A stretch of DNA of 64,000 nt from an uncultured Gemmataceae bacterium (lineage in GTDB: Bacteria > Planctomycetota > Planctomycetia > Gemmatales > Gemmataceae). Location: positions 832,001 to 896,000 of the forward strand of contig CAVVPN010000012.1 in the NCBI GenBank assembly GCA_963750165.1. Reading direction: 5' to 3'. Made by a program: the position numbers and the translations under genes. Of the stretch, positions 11,574 to 21,876 are shown in pieces (within the stretch, counting starts at the first letter, position 1; each line of letters starts with the position of its first letter). The notes under the pieces are model-generated. The model made no database searches. It saw nothing but the letters and a program-made list of their open reading frames with translations, and was not told the DNA's origin.

Positions 11574-12737
11574 GTGCGGATCGCATTGTTTTCATGGGAA
11601 ACCTTGCATTCCATCGCTGTGGGTGGCGTGGGGGTTCACGTCACCGAGATGGCTGCCGCCCTCGAACGCCGCGGCCATGAGGTTCACGTCTTCACCCGGC
11701 GCGGCCACAATCAGCCGGGTTACGAAAACGTCCACGACGTCCACTACCACCGCTGCCCCTTCGACCTGACGCCGAACTTCGTGGACGAAGTCAACAACAT
11801 GTGCCGGTCGTTCGTCCACCACTTCAACGCTGTTGAGGATCAGGTCGGCCGTTTCGACATCGTTCATGCACACGACTGGTTAGCGTCGAATGCCGCGGTC
11901 TGGATCAAGGAGGGCCGCCGGCACAAGGCCATCCTCACCATGCACTCGACGGAATACGGCCGCAACGGCAACCGCTTCCTCGGCGGCCAGTCCGTCCGCG
12001 TGCAGGACCACGAACGCCACGGCACCTATTGCGCGGACCGCGTCATCACGGTTTCCAACCAGCTCAAGGAGGAGATCAAGTGGCTCTACAACCTGCCTGA
12101 CCACAAGGCCCAGATGATCTACAACGGCGTGAATTCCCAGGTCTTCGACTATGAGGTCGATGCTGGCGAGATCAAGCGCCGCTACGCCATTGGCCCGTTC
12201 GATCCCACGATTCTGTTCGTCGGCCGCATGGTGGTGCAAAAGGGCCCGGACATCCTCGTCCGCACCATGCCGTCGGTGCTGCGGTACTACCCCAACGCCA
12301 AGTTCGTCTTCGCCGGCGACGGCTACATGAAGAACGAGGTCTGCGGCCTGGCCCATCACCTGGGCGTCGCGCATGCCCTGCGGATGCTGGGCGACAAGCG
12401 CGGCCGCGACCTGCACGACCTGTTCAAGGCCTGCGACGTCGTGTCGGTGCCGAGCCGGAATGAACCGTTTGGGATCGTCATCCTGGAGGGGTGGAGCGCC
12501 CACAAACCGGTGGTCAGCACCAAGCGGGGCGGCCCGGCCGAGTTCGTCTGGCATGGCGTGAACGGCTTGCAAGTGGACGACACGGTCGATTCGGTGGCCT
12601 GGGGTTTGGGCACCCTGCTGGCCGACCACAACCGCTGTCGCTGGATGGGCCGCAACGGCCGAGCGGCCGTCGATGCCGCGTTCAGCTGGGACAACATCGC
12701 CGAGCAAACCGAAGCAGTCTACGCCAGTGTGGCCTGA
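11574..12737 (+). CDS. Glycosyltransferase family 4 (glycogen/alpha-glucan synthase-like)
   Basis: GGVGVHV, HAHDW, VGRMVVQKG, intact E-X7-E motif SRNEPFGIVILE; GTG start with AAGGAG RBS. Confidence 0.92.
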   Translation: MRIALFSWETLHSIAVGGVGVHVTEMAAALERRGHEVHVFTRRGHNQPGYENVHDVHYHRCPFDLTPNFVDEVNNMCRSFVHHFNAVEDQVGRFDIVHAHDWLASNAAVWIKEGRRHKAILTMHSTEYGRNGNRFLGGQSVRVQDHERHGTYCADRVITVSNQLKEEIKWLYNLPDHKAQMIYNGVNSQVFDYEVDAGEIKRRYAIGPFDPTILFVGRMVVQKGPDILVRTMPSVLRYYPNAKFVFAGDGYMKNEVCGLAHHLGVAHALRMLGDKRGRDLHDLFKACDVVSVPSRNEPFGIVILEGWSAHKPVVSTKRGGPAEFVWHGVNGLQVDDTVDSVAWGLGTLLADHNRCRWMGRNGRAAVDAAFSWDNIAEQTEAVYASVA

Positions 12738-12757
12738 GTCATCATTGAGGATGCACC

Positions 12758-14578
12758 ATGACGATGTTCACCAACGGATTTGTTGGCTTCCCGGATGTCG
12801 AATCCATCTTGCGGCTGGCCGAGGGGGCAGCGGCCCCCGGCAAAAATGGCCACGAACCGACTGCCCGGCTTCCCCTCAGTGCTGAGTTGCTGCGCAGTTT
12901 TGCCTGGGAAATTGGCGAAACGCGGCCGGGCGATTCCTTTGTTCCGTCCGTCAATCATGTGGGTCTGGCACTGGTCGCCCCCCTTCACGGCTTCGTCCAC
13001 TGGCGCATCCTGCCCGCCTGGGTGGACCAGACCGAGCGACACAGGGGCGACGCCTGGCACAACTGTCGTCTGGTGCTGCGCCTGTACGACGTGTCCTACA
13101 TCCAGTTCAACGGTCTGAATGCCCATCACATTCAGGACCACGCGCTGCCGGGCCTGTGCGGGAGCTTCTTTTTCAAGCTGCCACGCCCTGGCACCTGGCA
13201 ACTGGCGGAGGTCGGTTTCCTGCTGCGCGGCGGCGAGTTCATTGCGGCGGCCCGCTCGCAGTCCACGCCGTTTCCGCCGGACGCTCCCTCGCCCCGTTGC
13301 AGCAACGCCGGCCTGCTGGTGGACGAGTGCCGCCACATCACGGAAGTCGGCAACGTCTGGGAACAGGAGCAAATCCTGGCCGCACGCCGCCGGCCCCGGT
13401 TGCGCCGGCCCTTGCGCATCGCGGCGTTCGCCCTGGCCTCGCCAGCTTCGGGCCAGGAGGGTTGGCTGGCCACCTTCGTTTCCGAGCTGGCCGCCGGTCA
13501 GTGCGCCCAGGGCCACGAAACCCACGTCTTTGTACCGGCCTGCGACGCATTAAACGCCTCGCGCGAGGTGGCGGGCGTTCACTACCATCCGCTGGCGGTG
13601 AGCCTGGAGGGCTCGCCGCTGGAGCAGGCGCGAACGTTCGCTCAGGTTGCAGGCCAGCGCCTGCGCGAATTTCCGCCATTTGACATCATTCATCTACACG
13701 AGTGGATGACCGCCCTGGGTCGCTGGTACGGCGATGCGGCGGCGGTTCTTTCGCTCAGTTCCATCGAGGCGACGCGGCGCGGCGACGAGGCGCCGACGGA
13801 TCAGTCGCGCGTGATCGAGGAAGCCGAGGGCGCAGCGGCCCGCGCTGCTGATTGCGTCCTGACACCGGACTGGCTCCGCAAGCGCGCATGCTTTGAACTG
13901 AGCCTTGACAGCACCCGTGTCCACGCCTTTCCGATGGAAGGGCGGATGCCCAACGAATGGGAAACGCCGCTCGATTACGGTGAGGTCAAGAAGGGCATCG
14001 GCCTCGGTCCGCTCGACCGGCTGCTGCTGTTCGTCGGGCCGCTGGAACACGCGGCCGGTGTGGATGTGCTCCTGGAGGCGCTGCCCGTCCTGCTGCAGCG
14101 CGCCGGCAATGTGCGCCTGGCTTTCGCGGGCGCGGGCAACCTGTACGGCCACCTGCATCACCGCGCCCACCAACTCGGCGTGGCCGGCGCGGTGCGCATC
14201 CTGGGCCACGTGGACGGTCCCCGAGTGACGCGGCTGGTTCGGGCCGCGGAAGCCCTGGTGTTGCCGTCGCGCTACCGGGTGCCCTTTGACGACGCGGTGG
14301 TGGACCTGGCACGGCGCGCGGGGCGGCCCGTGGTGACGACCCACGGCGGCCCGGTCCATCTCGTGCGCCACGAGGACAACGGGCTCATCACCTACGACAA
14401 CCCGGGCAGCATGGTCTGGGCCCTCGACCGGATCCTGGGCGACCCCGCGCACGCCGAGCGCATGGGCCAGCACGGCCGGCGCACCGAACAAGCTTCCGTG
14501 GTGTGGCCTGAGGTCGCAAGCCATTATCTGGATCTTTGTGCGACGCTTTTTCCTAAACTGATTGAAACGCTTTGCTGA
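12758..14578 (+). CDS. DUF4912-like domain fused to a degenerate GT4
   Basis: N-terminal FVHWRI..LVLRLYDVSYIQFNGLNAH..AEVG..AARS; GT-B part with HLHEW but PSRYRVPFDDAVVD in place of E-X7-E. Confidence 0.8.
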   Translation: MTMFTNGFVGFPDVESILRLAEGAAAPGKNGHEPTARLPLSAELLRSFAWEIGETRPGDSFVPSVNHVGLALVAPLHGFVHWRILPAWVDQTERHRGDAWHNCRLVLRLYDVSYIQFNGLNAHHIQDHALPGLCGSFFFKLPRPGTWQLAEVGFLLRGGEFIAAARSQSTPFPPDAPSPRCSNAGLLVDECRHITEVGNVWEQEQILAARRRPRLRRPLRIAAFALASPASGQEGWLATFVSELAAGQCAQGHETHVFVPACDALNASREVAGVHYHPLAVSLEGSPLEQARTFAQVAGQRLREFPPFDIIHLHEWMTALGRWYGDAAAVLSLSSIEATRRGDEAPTDQSRVIEEAEGAAARAADCVLTPDWLRKRACFELSLDSTRVHAFPMEGRMPNEWETPLDYGEVKKGIGLGPLDRLLLFVGPLEHAAGVDVLLEALPVLLQRAGNVRLAFAGAGNLYGHLHHRAHQLGVAGAVRILGHVDGPRVTRLVRAAEALVLPSRYRVPFDDAVVDLARRAGRPVVTTHGGPVHLVRHEDNGLITYDNPGSMVWALDRILGDPAHAERMGQHGRRTEQASVVWPEVASHYLDLCATLFPKLIETLC

Positions 14579-14628
14579 ACGGTGCGTGCAGCAGGAAAAC
14601 CGAACGGACATTTGTCCAGGAGCATTGA

Positions 14629-15910
14629 CATGTTGCAGGCCAACCAGAATGGCACGGGTGTGGTGAGCGAACTCGACGCCACGGCGACGGAAGGCCGAAC
14701 GGCGGTTCTGATTCGCTCGGAGGTGCCACCGCGGCCTATCCAGGAAGATCAGCAGGAGCGCCCGGAGACGCGCCCGGCCCTCGCCGTCTTCTGTTACGAG
14801 GATCCCGAAAGCGTGGTCGGTCGTTTTGTGACCCGGCTGGCCAGTGCGCTCACAAGACGCGACATCGCCGTTCACGTGTTCTCACGCCGGGACTTCGCCC
14901 TGGATGCCCTCGGTGTCGCCAGCCACGCGCTCGGCGGTGATGAAGGCGACGACCTGGTCAGCCCGGTGCAAGAGTTCGCTGGCCGCGCGTGCAATGCCTT
15001 CCTCAAACTGTTCCCCGGCGGCTGCGGCAATGTCACGCTGATGGGTCTGGAGTGGTCTGCCATCCCGGTGCTGGCGTTGCTTCAGGGGCTAAAAAACCTC
15101 AACGTCATCCTGTCGCTGCACTCCCTGGAGCGCCAGCGCAGCGATCTGACCAGCGACGTGAGTCAGCAAATCGAAGCGATCGAACAGGCCGGGTTGCGCG
15201 CGGCGAAGGCCATCCTGGTTCACGACCCGGTGACTGCCGCGGTCGCGCAGGCTGCCGTCCCGGAGTGCGCCGAGCGCCTGACCCCGGTGCGCGACATCTT
15301 CCCCGCGCACCTCTTCGAGACCCCGCTCGATCCCGGAGAGGTCAAGGCGCGTTACCAGATCGGTCCCATCGACCCCACGATTGTGTTCCTCGGCGACCTG
15401 AGCGAGCGGTACGGCCCCGACCTGCTTGTGAAGGCAATGCCGGGAATCCTCAAGAACCATCCGCAGGCACGGCTCGTCGTGGCCGGCGCGGGCGATCTCT
15501 ACTGGCCGTTGCGTGTCTACAGCCGTTACCTGCTGCTGGAGCACGCGGTTCGCCTGCCCGGCAGCGTGGAGGGGCAGGCCGCTTGCGAATTGCTGCAGGC
15601 CGCGGATGTTGTTGTCGTTCCCAGCCGCGAGTCAACGTCGTGGTGGCCGATCCAGGCCGCGTGGGCCGCCCGCCGTCCCGTGGTCGCCACGCACCCGCTG
15701 GCTCCGGGGCTCCTGGAACACGAAGGCGACGCGGTGCTGTGCTACCCGAGCGAGAACAGCCTCGTGTGGGGCGTTGAGCGCGTGCTGTTCGACGCCGAGC
15801 TGCGCCAGCGCCTCGGCGAGAAAGGCAGCCTGAAGCTGAACGACCAGTTCGGCTGGGGCCAGGTGGCCGCGCAGGTGGAAGCACTGATGAGCGCTGCAGT
15901 AATGCGCTAG
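14629..15910 (+). CDS. Degenerate GT4 paralog (alternative start 14582)
   Basis: GEVKARYQIGPIDPTIVFLG closely matches the first GT4; PSRESTSWWPIQAA replaces E-X7-E; AGGAG RBS before 14629. Confidence 0.8.
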
Positions 15911-15935
15911 GGCTTTTGGTTCACGAACGCCCCTC

Positions 15936-16124
15936 GTTGTGGCCTGGTCTCCTGACCAGGCCCCCTGTTGTGGCATGGTCTCCTGACCAGGCCCCCTGTT
16001 GTGGCATGGTCTCCTGACCAGGCCACTCCGCCGACCGAAGGTCTCCAGCAATCGCCCTGGTCCAGGGAGTGCGGGGAGACCTTCGGTCGAGCCCGGTGGC
16101 CTGGTCAGGAGACCATGCCACAAC
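15936..16124. repeat. REP/REPIN-like element: three tandem 31-bp units plus an inverted copy
   Basis: GTTGTGGC(C/A)TGGTCTCCTGACCAGGCC at 15936, 15967 and 15998; inverted copy 16096-16124; inner IR CGACCGAAGGTCTCC/GGAGACCTTCGGTCG. Confidence 0.9.
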
Positions 16125-16193
16125 GGGAGGGAGATGAGCGCTGCAGTGACGCTCTAGGGCTTTCTACCTGCCTCGTAGTTACGGAGAGCATTC

Positions 16194-17798
16194 ATGCCGA
16201 AAGGTTACCTGTTCCTGGTCCTGCACGCGCACCTGCCCTACGTCCGGCATCCGGAGTTCGACCGCTTCCTGGAGGAACGCTGGTTCTTCGAGGCCGTCAC
16301 CGAGACGTACATTCCGCTCATCAAGTTCTTCGACCGACTTCGGGACGAGCGCGTGCCGTTCAAGGTGACGCTGTCGATCTCGCCGACGCTGGCGAACATG
16401 ATGGAAGATCCCTTGCTGCGCGCGCGCTGCGTGCGGCACCTGGATCTGTCGATCGGACTCGCCGAGAAGGAATGCGACCGCACGCAGCACTGGCGCGATG
16501 TCAATTCGCTGTCCTGGATGTACAAGCGCCTGTTCGAGGAGGCGCGGCACACGTTTGTCGAGCGCTGTGGCACGCGGCTGATCTCGGCCTTCAAGGAATA
16601 CGCCGACTCGGGCAACCTCGAGCTAATCACCTGCGCCGGTACGCACGGCTACCTGCCGCTGCTCAGTTCGGAGCCGGTCGCGGTGCGCGCCCAGGTGTTG
16701 ACGGCCGTCCAGGAACACCAGCGCATCTTTGGGCAACAACCGAAGGGCATGTGGGTGCCCGAATGCGCGTTCTATCCGGGGCTGGACAACGTGCTCGCCG
16801 AGGCGGGCATTCGCTACTTTTTTGTCGATTCGCACGCCATTGACCATGCGGACCCGCGACCGCTGTTCGGCGTCGCCGCCCCGCTCTACTGTCCTTCCGG
16901 CGTGGCCGCCTTCGGCCGGCATCCGCTCACCTCCAAGCTCGTCTGGAGCAAGAGCGTCGGCTACCCGGCGGATTACAACTACCGCGAATACTATCGCGAC
17001 ATCGGCTTCGATCTCGACCAGCACTATCTGGAGCCGTTCCAGTACGCGCACGGCATTCGCACGCACACGGGCATCAAGTACCATCGCATCACCGGGCTGC
17101 CCGGCGACAAGCACCTGTACCATCCCGATTGGGCACGCGAGACTGCCGAGCGCCACGCCCACGATTTCGTTCGCCGTTGCCGCGCGCAGGCGAGCCGTGC
17201 CAGCAGCGACATGCCGTTCCCGTCCGTCGTGGTGTCGCCCTACGACGCCGAACTCTTTGGTCACTGGTGGTTTGAAGGTCCGCAATGGATCTATTACGTG
17301 CTGCGCGAGCTGGGCGGGGGTGGGGAACTGGAGGCGGGCACGCCCGGTGAATACCTCCGCGCGTTCCCCATTCAGCAGCAAGCGCTGCCGGCCGCCAGCA
17401 GCTGGGGCAAGAACGGCTACAGCGAGCACTGGATCAACGACAAGACCGAGTGGATGTGGCGTCCGCTGCACGAAGCCACGGCGCGGATGCGACAGGCCGT
17501 GGAGAGCCGCCCCGAGGTGTCGGCGGATAGCCTGGAGGACCGGGCGCTGCGTCAGGCCGGGCGGGAGTTGATGCTGGCCCAGGCGTCCGACTGGCCGTTC
17601 ATCATCAGTAACGGCACCACTGAGGAGTATGCCCGGCGCCGTTTCCACGACCATCTGCACCGTTTCCACGACCTGCTCAACGGCCTGGACAACCAGCACA
17701 TCGAGACCAGACGCCTGGAGGCCCTGGAATACATGGACGCCCTGTTCCCGGAACTGGACTATCGTCTGTTCGCGCCGGCGGGCGCGGCCGGTCCCTGA
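16194..17798 (+). CDS. GH57 1,4-alpha-glucan branching enzyme (DUF1957 type)
   Basis: HAHLPYV, ETYIPL, THGYLPL, GMWVPECAF (nucleophile), PYDAELFGHWWFEG (acid/base), AQASDWPF. Confidence 0.93.
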   Translation: MPKGYLFLVLHAHLPYVRHPEFDRFLEERWFFEAVTETYIPLIKFFDRLRDERVPFKVTLSISPTLANMMEDPLLRARCVRHLDLSIGLAEKECDRTQHWRDVNSLSWMYKRLFEEARHTFVERCGTRLISAFKEYADSGNLELITCAGTHGYLPLLSSEPVAVRAQVLTAVQEHQRIFGQQPKGMWVPECAFYPGLDNVLAEAGIRYFFVDSHAIDHADPRPLFGVAAPLYCPSGVAAFGRHPLTSKLVWSKSVGYPADYNYREYYRDIGFDLDQHYLEPFQYAHGIRTHTGIKYHRITGLPGDKHLYHPDWARETAERHAHDFVRRCRAQASRASSDMPFPSVVVSPYDAELFGHWWFEGPQWIYYVLRELGGGGELEAGTPGEYLRAFPIQQQALPAASSWGKNGYSEHWINDKTEWMWRPLHEATARMRQAVESRPEVSADSLEDRALRQAGRELMLAQASDWPFIISNGTTEEYARRRFHDHLHRFHDLLNGLDNQHIETRRLEALEYMDALFPELDYRLFAPAGAAGP

Positions 17799-17840
17799 AG
17801 CATCGAACCCGGCGCTCAACTCGAACGGGAGGCACTGGCG

Positions 17841-18050
17841 ATGTTGTGTTGGTTTTGCGAGCAAGAAGCGCGGGGCAGCTGCGCCGCTTGTGGCCGGGGC
17901 CTGTGCCACAAACACGCCAACATCCACGATGAGTTGACGCTGGTCAAGTCCGATACCAGCACGGGATACGCGACGTACCTCAATGTTTACGGAGCGCTCA
18001 AGTGTGTCGAGTGTCGGCTCGAGTGGAAATCATTTACCCCGCAAGCATGA
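17841..18050 (+). CDS. Small Zn-finger protein (69 aa)
   Basis: CxxC-x6-CxxC-x4-CxxH plus a C-terminal CxxC; GGAGG RBS. Confidence 0.75.
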   Translation: MLCWFCEQEARGSCAACGRGLCHKHANIHDELTLVKSDTSTGYATYLNVYGALKCVECRLEWKSFTPQA

Positions 18051-18148
18051 GAGGCCAATAACCCTGCGAATCCGCACTGCGAAGCCAGGGCCATCGTTTG
18101 TCCTTGCTTCGCGTTGCGGTCGCGCGGTTTTTTTCGGAGAAATACTGC

Positions 18149-19600
18149 ATGAACATGTCTTCCTTGCCCGAAATTATTGATGGCCTGCCGAACATCAGTG
18201 GCGCTGAGGCTCAGGTTGAGGAAATCACCCGCCGGCAACAACCCGTCTATTTGCCGGACACGAACCTGCAACTGGGCCGTCTCCAGGCGGTCTTCGCCAT
18301 CGCGTTGCACATGCACCAGCCGCTCATCCCCGCGGGGGGCGGCGATTTGCGGTCGGCGGACGTTATCAGCAATCTCGACCACATGATGCGCTCCGGTGAC
18401 GAGTACAACGCTTCGGTTTTTGCCGACTGCTACGGCCGGATGGGCGACATCATTCCCGAACTGGTCCGCGCCGGCCGGAATCCGCGCGTGATGCTCGATT
18501 ACTCCGGCGAGCTGTTCTACGGACTGCGCAAGATGGGTCGCGGCGATGTGCTCGAACGGTTGCGCGCCATCACCTGCGATCAGCACCTGCGGCGGTATGT
18601 CGAATGGCTTGGGACCATGTGGGGGCACGCCGTCGCCTCGTCCACACCGTTGCCGGACCTGAAACTGCACATGCGGGCCTGGCAGCAGAACTTTGCCGCC
18701 GTCTACGGCTGGGAGGCGCTGAGTCGAGTACGCGGCTTCTCACCGCCGGAAATGCACATGCCCAACCACCCGGACGCCGCTTTCGAATACGTCAAAGCGC
18801 TGAAGGAGTGCGGCTACCGCTGGCTGCTGGTACAGGAACACACGGTCGAAACCCTGGAGGGACGCGGACTGGGCTACAAACATGTGCCGCATCGGCTCAT
18901 CGCTCGCAATTCCTGCGGCGAGGAAGTGAACATCGTCGCCATCATCAAGACGCAGGGATCGGACACCAAGCTGGTGGCACAAATGCAGCCTTTCTATGAG
19001 GCACAGGGTTTGCAACGTCGAGAGGTCGGCGGCATCAGCATTCCGCCCCTGGTGACGCAGATCGGCGATGGCGAGAACGGCGGTGTGATGATGAACGAGT
19101 TCCCCTCCGGTTACCGCCAGGCGATTGGCCGCTTCGGTACGGAGGGGGTCGTCAACGTGAACGTGACGGAATACCTGGAGATGATCGAGCAAGCCGGTAT
19201 CCGTGAGCCCATGCTGCCGGGCTGCCGGCCGATCAACCAGGGCCAGGTGTTTGCACGCATCAGCAAGTGGGAGCCGGGCGCCGCGGACAAAGCCATTGCC
19301 AGCATCAAGCGCGAGCACTCGAACTTCTCAATGGACGGCGGTTCCTGGACGAACAACATCAGCTGGGTGGCCGGCTACGACAACATTCTGACACCGATGA
19401 ACAAGCTCAGCGCCCACTTTCATCAGATTCTGGACTCGCGCCCCGTGGACCGAAACAGCCGGGCCTATCGCAATGCCCTCTTTTACCTGTTGATGGCGGA
19501 GACGAGTTGCTTCCGCTACTGGGGGCAGGGAGTGTGGACGGACTACGGTCAGGAACTCTGCCGTCGTGGGGCGGAGATTCTGGCGCATGATTTTCACTGA
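18149..19600 (+). CDS. Second glycoside hydrolase family 57 protein
   Basis: LHMHQP, GFSPPEMH, IGDGENGG, AETSCFRYWG. Confidence 0.85.
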   Translation: MNMSSLPEIIDGLPNISGAEAQVEEITRRQQPVYLPDTNLQLGRLQAVFAIALHMHQPLIPAGGGDLRSADVISNLDHMMRSGDEYNASVFADCYGRMGDIIPELVRAGRNPRVMLDYSGELFYGLRKMGRGDVLERLRAITCDQHLRRYVEWLGTMWGHAVASSTPLPDLKLHMRAWQQNFAAVYGWEALSRVRGFSPPEMHMPNHPDAAFEYVKALKECGYRWLLVQEHTVETLEGRGLGYKHVPHRLIARNSCGEEVNIVAIIKTQGSDTKLVAQMQPFYEAQGLQRREVGGISIPPLVTQIGDGENGGVMMNEFPSGYRQAIGRFGTEGVVNVNVTEYLEMIEQAGIREPMLPGCRPINQGQVFARISKWEPGAADKAIASIKREHSNFSMDGGSWTNNISWVAGYDNILTPMNKLSAHFHQILDSRPVDRNSRAYRNALFYLLMAETSCFRYWGQGVWTDYGQELCRRGAEILAHDFH

Positions 19601-19673
19601 CCCAATTTGATCGGAGCCATCGATGATCCTGCGTGGGGCGCCGAATGTGGAGCAAACGAGGTCTCAGTTAACG

Positions 19674-21791
19674 ATGAGTGCCAGGAATGTCGTCCCGCGA
19701 ACCACGTTCACGACCGCGCGTGGCCATTGCCTGCCCTTCGGCGCCACCCCGCGGCCCGGCGGCGTCAACTTCGCCGTGTTTTCCCGGCATGCGCAGCGCG
19801 TCCATCTGGTATTGTTCAAGGAAGGACAGGAAGAACCGATCATCGAGATCCCGCTGGATGCAACCCACAACCGCACGGGTGATGTCTGGCACATCTTCGT
19901 CCATGACGTGACCCCGGATTTGCTGTACGGTTATCGCATCGCGGGGCCGTCTGTGCCGCGGGCCGGCCACCGCTTCGATCACAACGCCATCGTGTTGGAC
20001 CCTTACGCTCGGGCGATCAGCGGCGGCCAGCGCTGGGGTTTCCCCGACATTCCCCACATCCTCACGCTGCCCTCTGCCAATGGGGTCGGGGAAAACGGCA
20101 AGGTGAAGGGAAACGGCAGTCGTCTGTCGCGGCGCGGGCGCCTGGTCATCGATGAGTTCGACTGGGAAGATGATGTACCCCCGGCCACGCCGCTGGGGCA
20201 GACTGTTCTGTATGAGTTACATGTACGCGGCTACACCCGGCACCCATCGTCCGGCGTCGCGCATCCGGGCACGTTCCTGGGTCTTTGTGAGAAGATCCCG
20301 CACTTGAAGGCGCTCGGGATCACTGCCGTTCAATTCATGCCGGTTCTTGAATTTGACGAACTGGACCTGGAACGTAAGAACCCGCTCACTGGCGAAATGC
20401 TCAAAAACTACTGGGGCTACTCGCCGCTCTCGTTCTTTGCTCCAAAAGCGTCCTATGCCGCGCAGCCGGGCCAGCAGGTGCGCGAGTTCAAGGAGATGGT
20501 CAAGGCCTTCCACCGCGCCGGCATCGAGGTCATCCTCGACGTGGTGTACAATCACACGTGCGAGGGAAACGAGAAGGGGCCCATCATCAATTTCCGGGGC
20601 CTTGACAACGCGATCTACTACATGCTCGACGGCGAGGGGCGCTACTACAACTTCTCCGGCTGCGGTAACACGCTGAACTGCAACCATCCCGTGGTTCGCG
20701 ATCTCATCATCGACAGCCTATCTTACCTGGTCTCCGAGTTGCACGTCGATGGTTTTCGGTTTGATCTGGCAACGATCCTCGGCCGCGGTCCCAACGGCAA
20801 GGTGCTGGAAGACCCGCCGCTGATTCAGCATATCGCCGAACATCCCGTGCTGGCAGGCACCAAATTGATCGCCGAGGCCTGGGACGCCGCCGGCGTTTCG
20901 CAACTCGGCAAATTCCCCGCGTGGGGCCGCTGGGCGGAGTTGAATGGTTGGTTCCGTGACGATGTGCGCCATTTCCTGCGCAGCGACCCTGGGGCCGCGG
21001 CGGCAGTCGCCAAACGCATCTGCGGCAGCCTGGACCTGTACGGCGATTCCTCACGCCATCCGTATCATTCCGTCAACTTCATCACCAGCCATGACGGCTT
21101 CACCCTGTACGACCTCGTTAGTTATAACGACAAACACAACATCGCCAACGGCGAAAACAACCGCGACGGCTGGAGCGAAAGCATCAGCTATAACTGTGGC
21201 CACGAAGGCCCAACAGAAGTTCCCGCCATCGTCGCCCTTCGGCAGCGGCAGATGAAGAACTTCCTCACGATGCTGTTCATCTCCCAGGGTGTGCCGTTCC
21301 TCGCCCAGGGAGATGAGTTCGGCCGCACGCAGAAGGGCAATAACAACGCCTACTGCCAGGACAACGACATCTCCTGGGTGGACTGGAGTCTGGCGCAAAA
21401 GAACGCCGGACTGCTGCGCTTCACGCGGATGATGATTGCCTTGCGGAAGCGCCATTTCGCCCTGAGTCGAGAGCAGTTCATCAACCGCGTCACCTGGCAT
21501 GGCACGCAACCCGGCGATCCGGACTGGTCCGGGCAGAGCCGCACGCTGGCGTTCCATCTCCGTGGCTGGCACCGGCAGCCGCACTTCTATGTCCTTTTCA
21601 ACGCTCACTGGGAGTGGCGTAAGTTCGTGCTGCCCCCGCACGACGGCCAATGGCGCTGGCAACGCCTGGTAGACACGAATCTGCCTGAGTCGGAGGACAT
21701 CGTCGAGGACAAAGACGCGGTTCTGCTGCGCCCCGCGGACCACTACGTCACAGCGCCGCGCTCCGCCGTCATTCTGATCGCTCATAGTTGA
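19674..21791 (+). CDS. glgX: Glycogen debranching enzyme / isoamylase (GH13)
   Basis: GVNFAVFS, YELHVRG, NYWGY, DVVYNHT, DGFRFDLA, IAEAWD, TSHDGFTL, GNNNAYCQDN. Confidence 0.95.
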   Translation: MSARNVVPRTTFTTARGHCLPFGATPRPGGVNFAVFSRHAQRVHLVLFKEGQEEPIIEIPLDATHNRTGDVWHIFVHDVTPDLLYGYRIAGPSVPRAGHRFDHNAIVLDPYARAISGGQRWGFPDIPHILTLPSANGVGENGKVKGNGSRLSRRGRLVIDEFDWEDDVPPATPLGQTVLYELHVRGYTRHPSSGVAHPGTFLGLCEKIPHLKALGITAVQFMPVLEFDELDLERKNPLTGEMLKNYWGYSPLSFFAPKASYAAQPGQQVREFKEMVKAFHRAGIEVILDVVYNHTCEGNEKGPIINFRGLDNAIYYMLDGEGRYYNFSGCGNTLNCNHPVVRDLIIDSLSYLVSELHVDGFRFDLATILGRGPNGKVLEDPPLIQHIAEHPVLAGTKLIAEAWDAAGVSQLGKFPAWGRWAELNGWFRDDVRHFLRSDPGAAAAVAKRICGSLDLYGDSSRHPYHSVNFITSHDGFTLYDLVSYNDKHNIANGENNRDGWSESISYNCGHEGPTEVPAIVALRQRQMKNFLTMLFISQGVPFLAQGDEFGRTQKGNNNAYCQDNDISWVDWSLAQKNAGLLRFTRMMIALRKRHFALSREQFINRVTWHGTQPGDPDWSGQSRTLAFHLRGWHRQPHFYVLFNAHWEWRKFVLPPHDGQWRWQRLVDTNLPESEDIVEDKDAVLLRPADHYVTAPRSAVILIAHS

Positions 21792-21876
21792 TCAGATGAT
21801 GGGTCGTTCCGTCTTCACTCGCCGCCGCCAATCTTCGTGTTGACATGGCTATTACCCCGGCCAGCAATAAGCTCAA

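Noticed and set aside
15936..16030. 31-bp direct repeats as a CRISPR array
   Set aside because: The units abut with no unique spacers, an inverted copy follows and there are no cas genes; this is a REP expansion.
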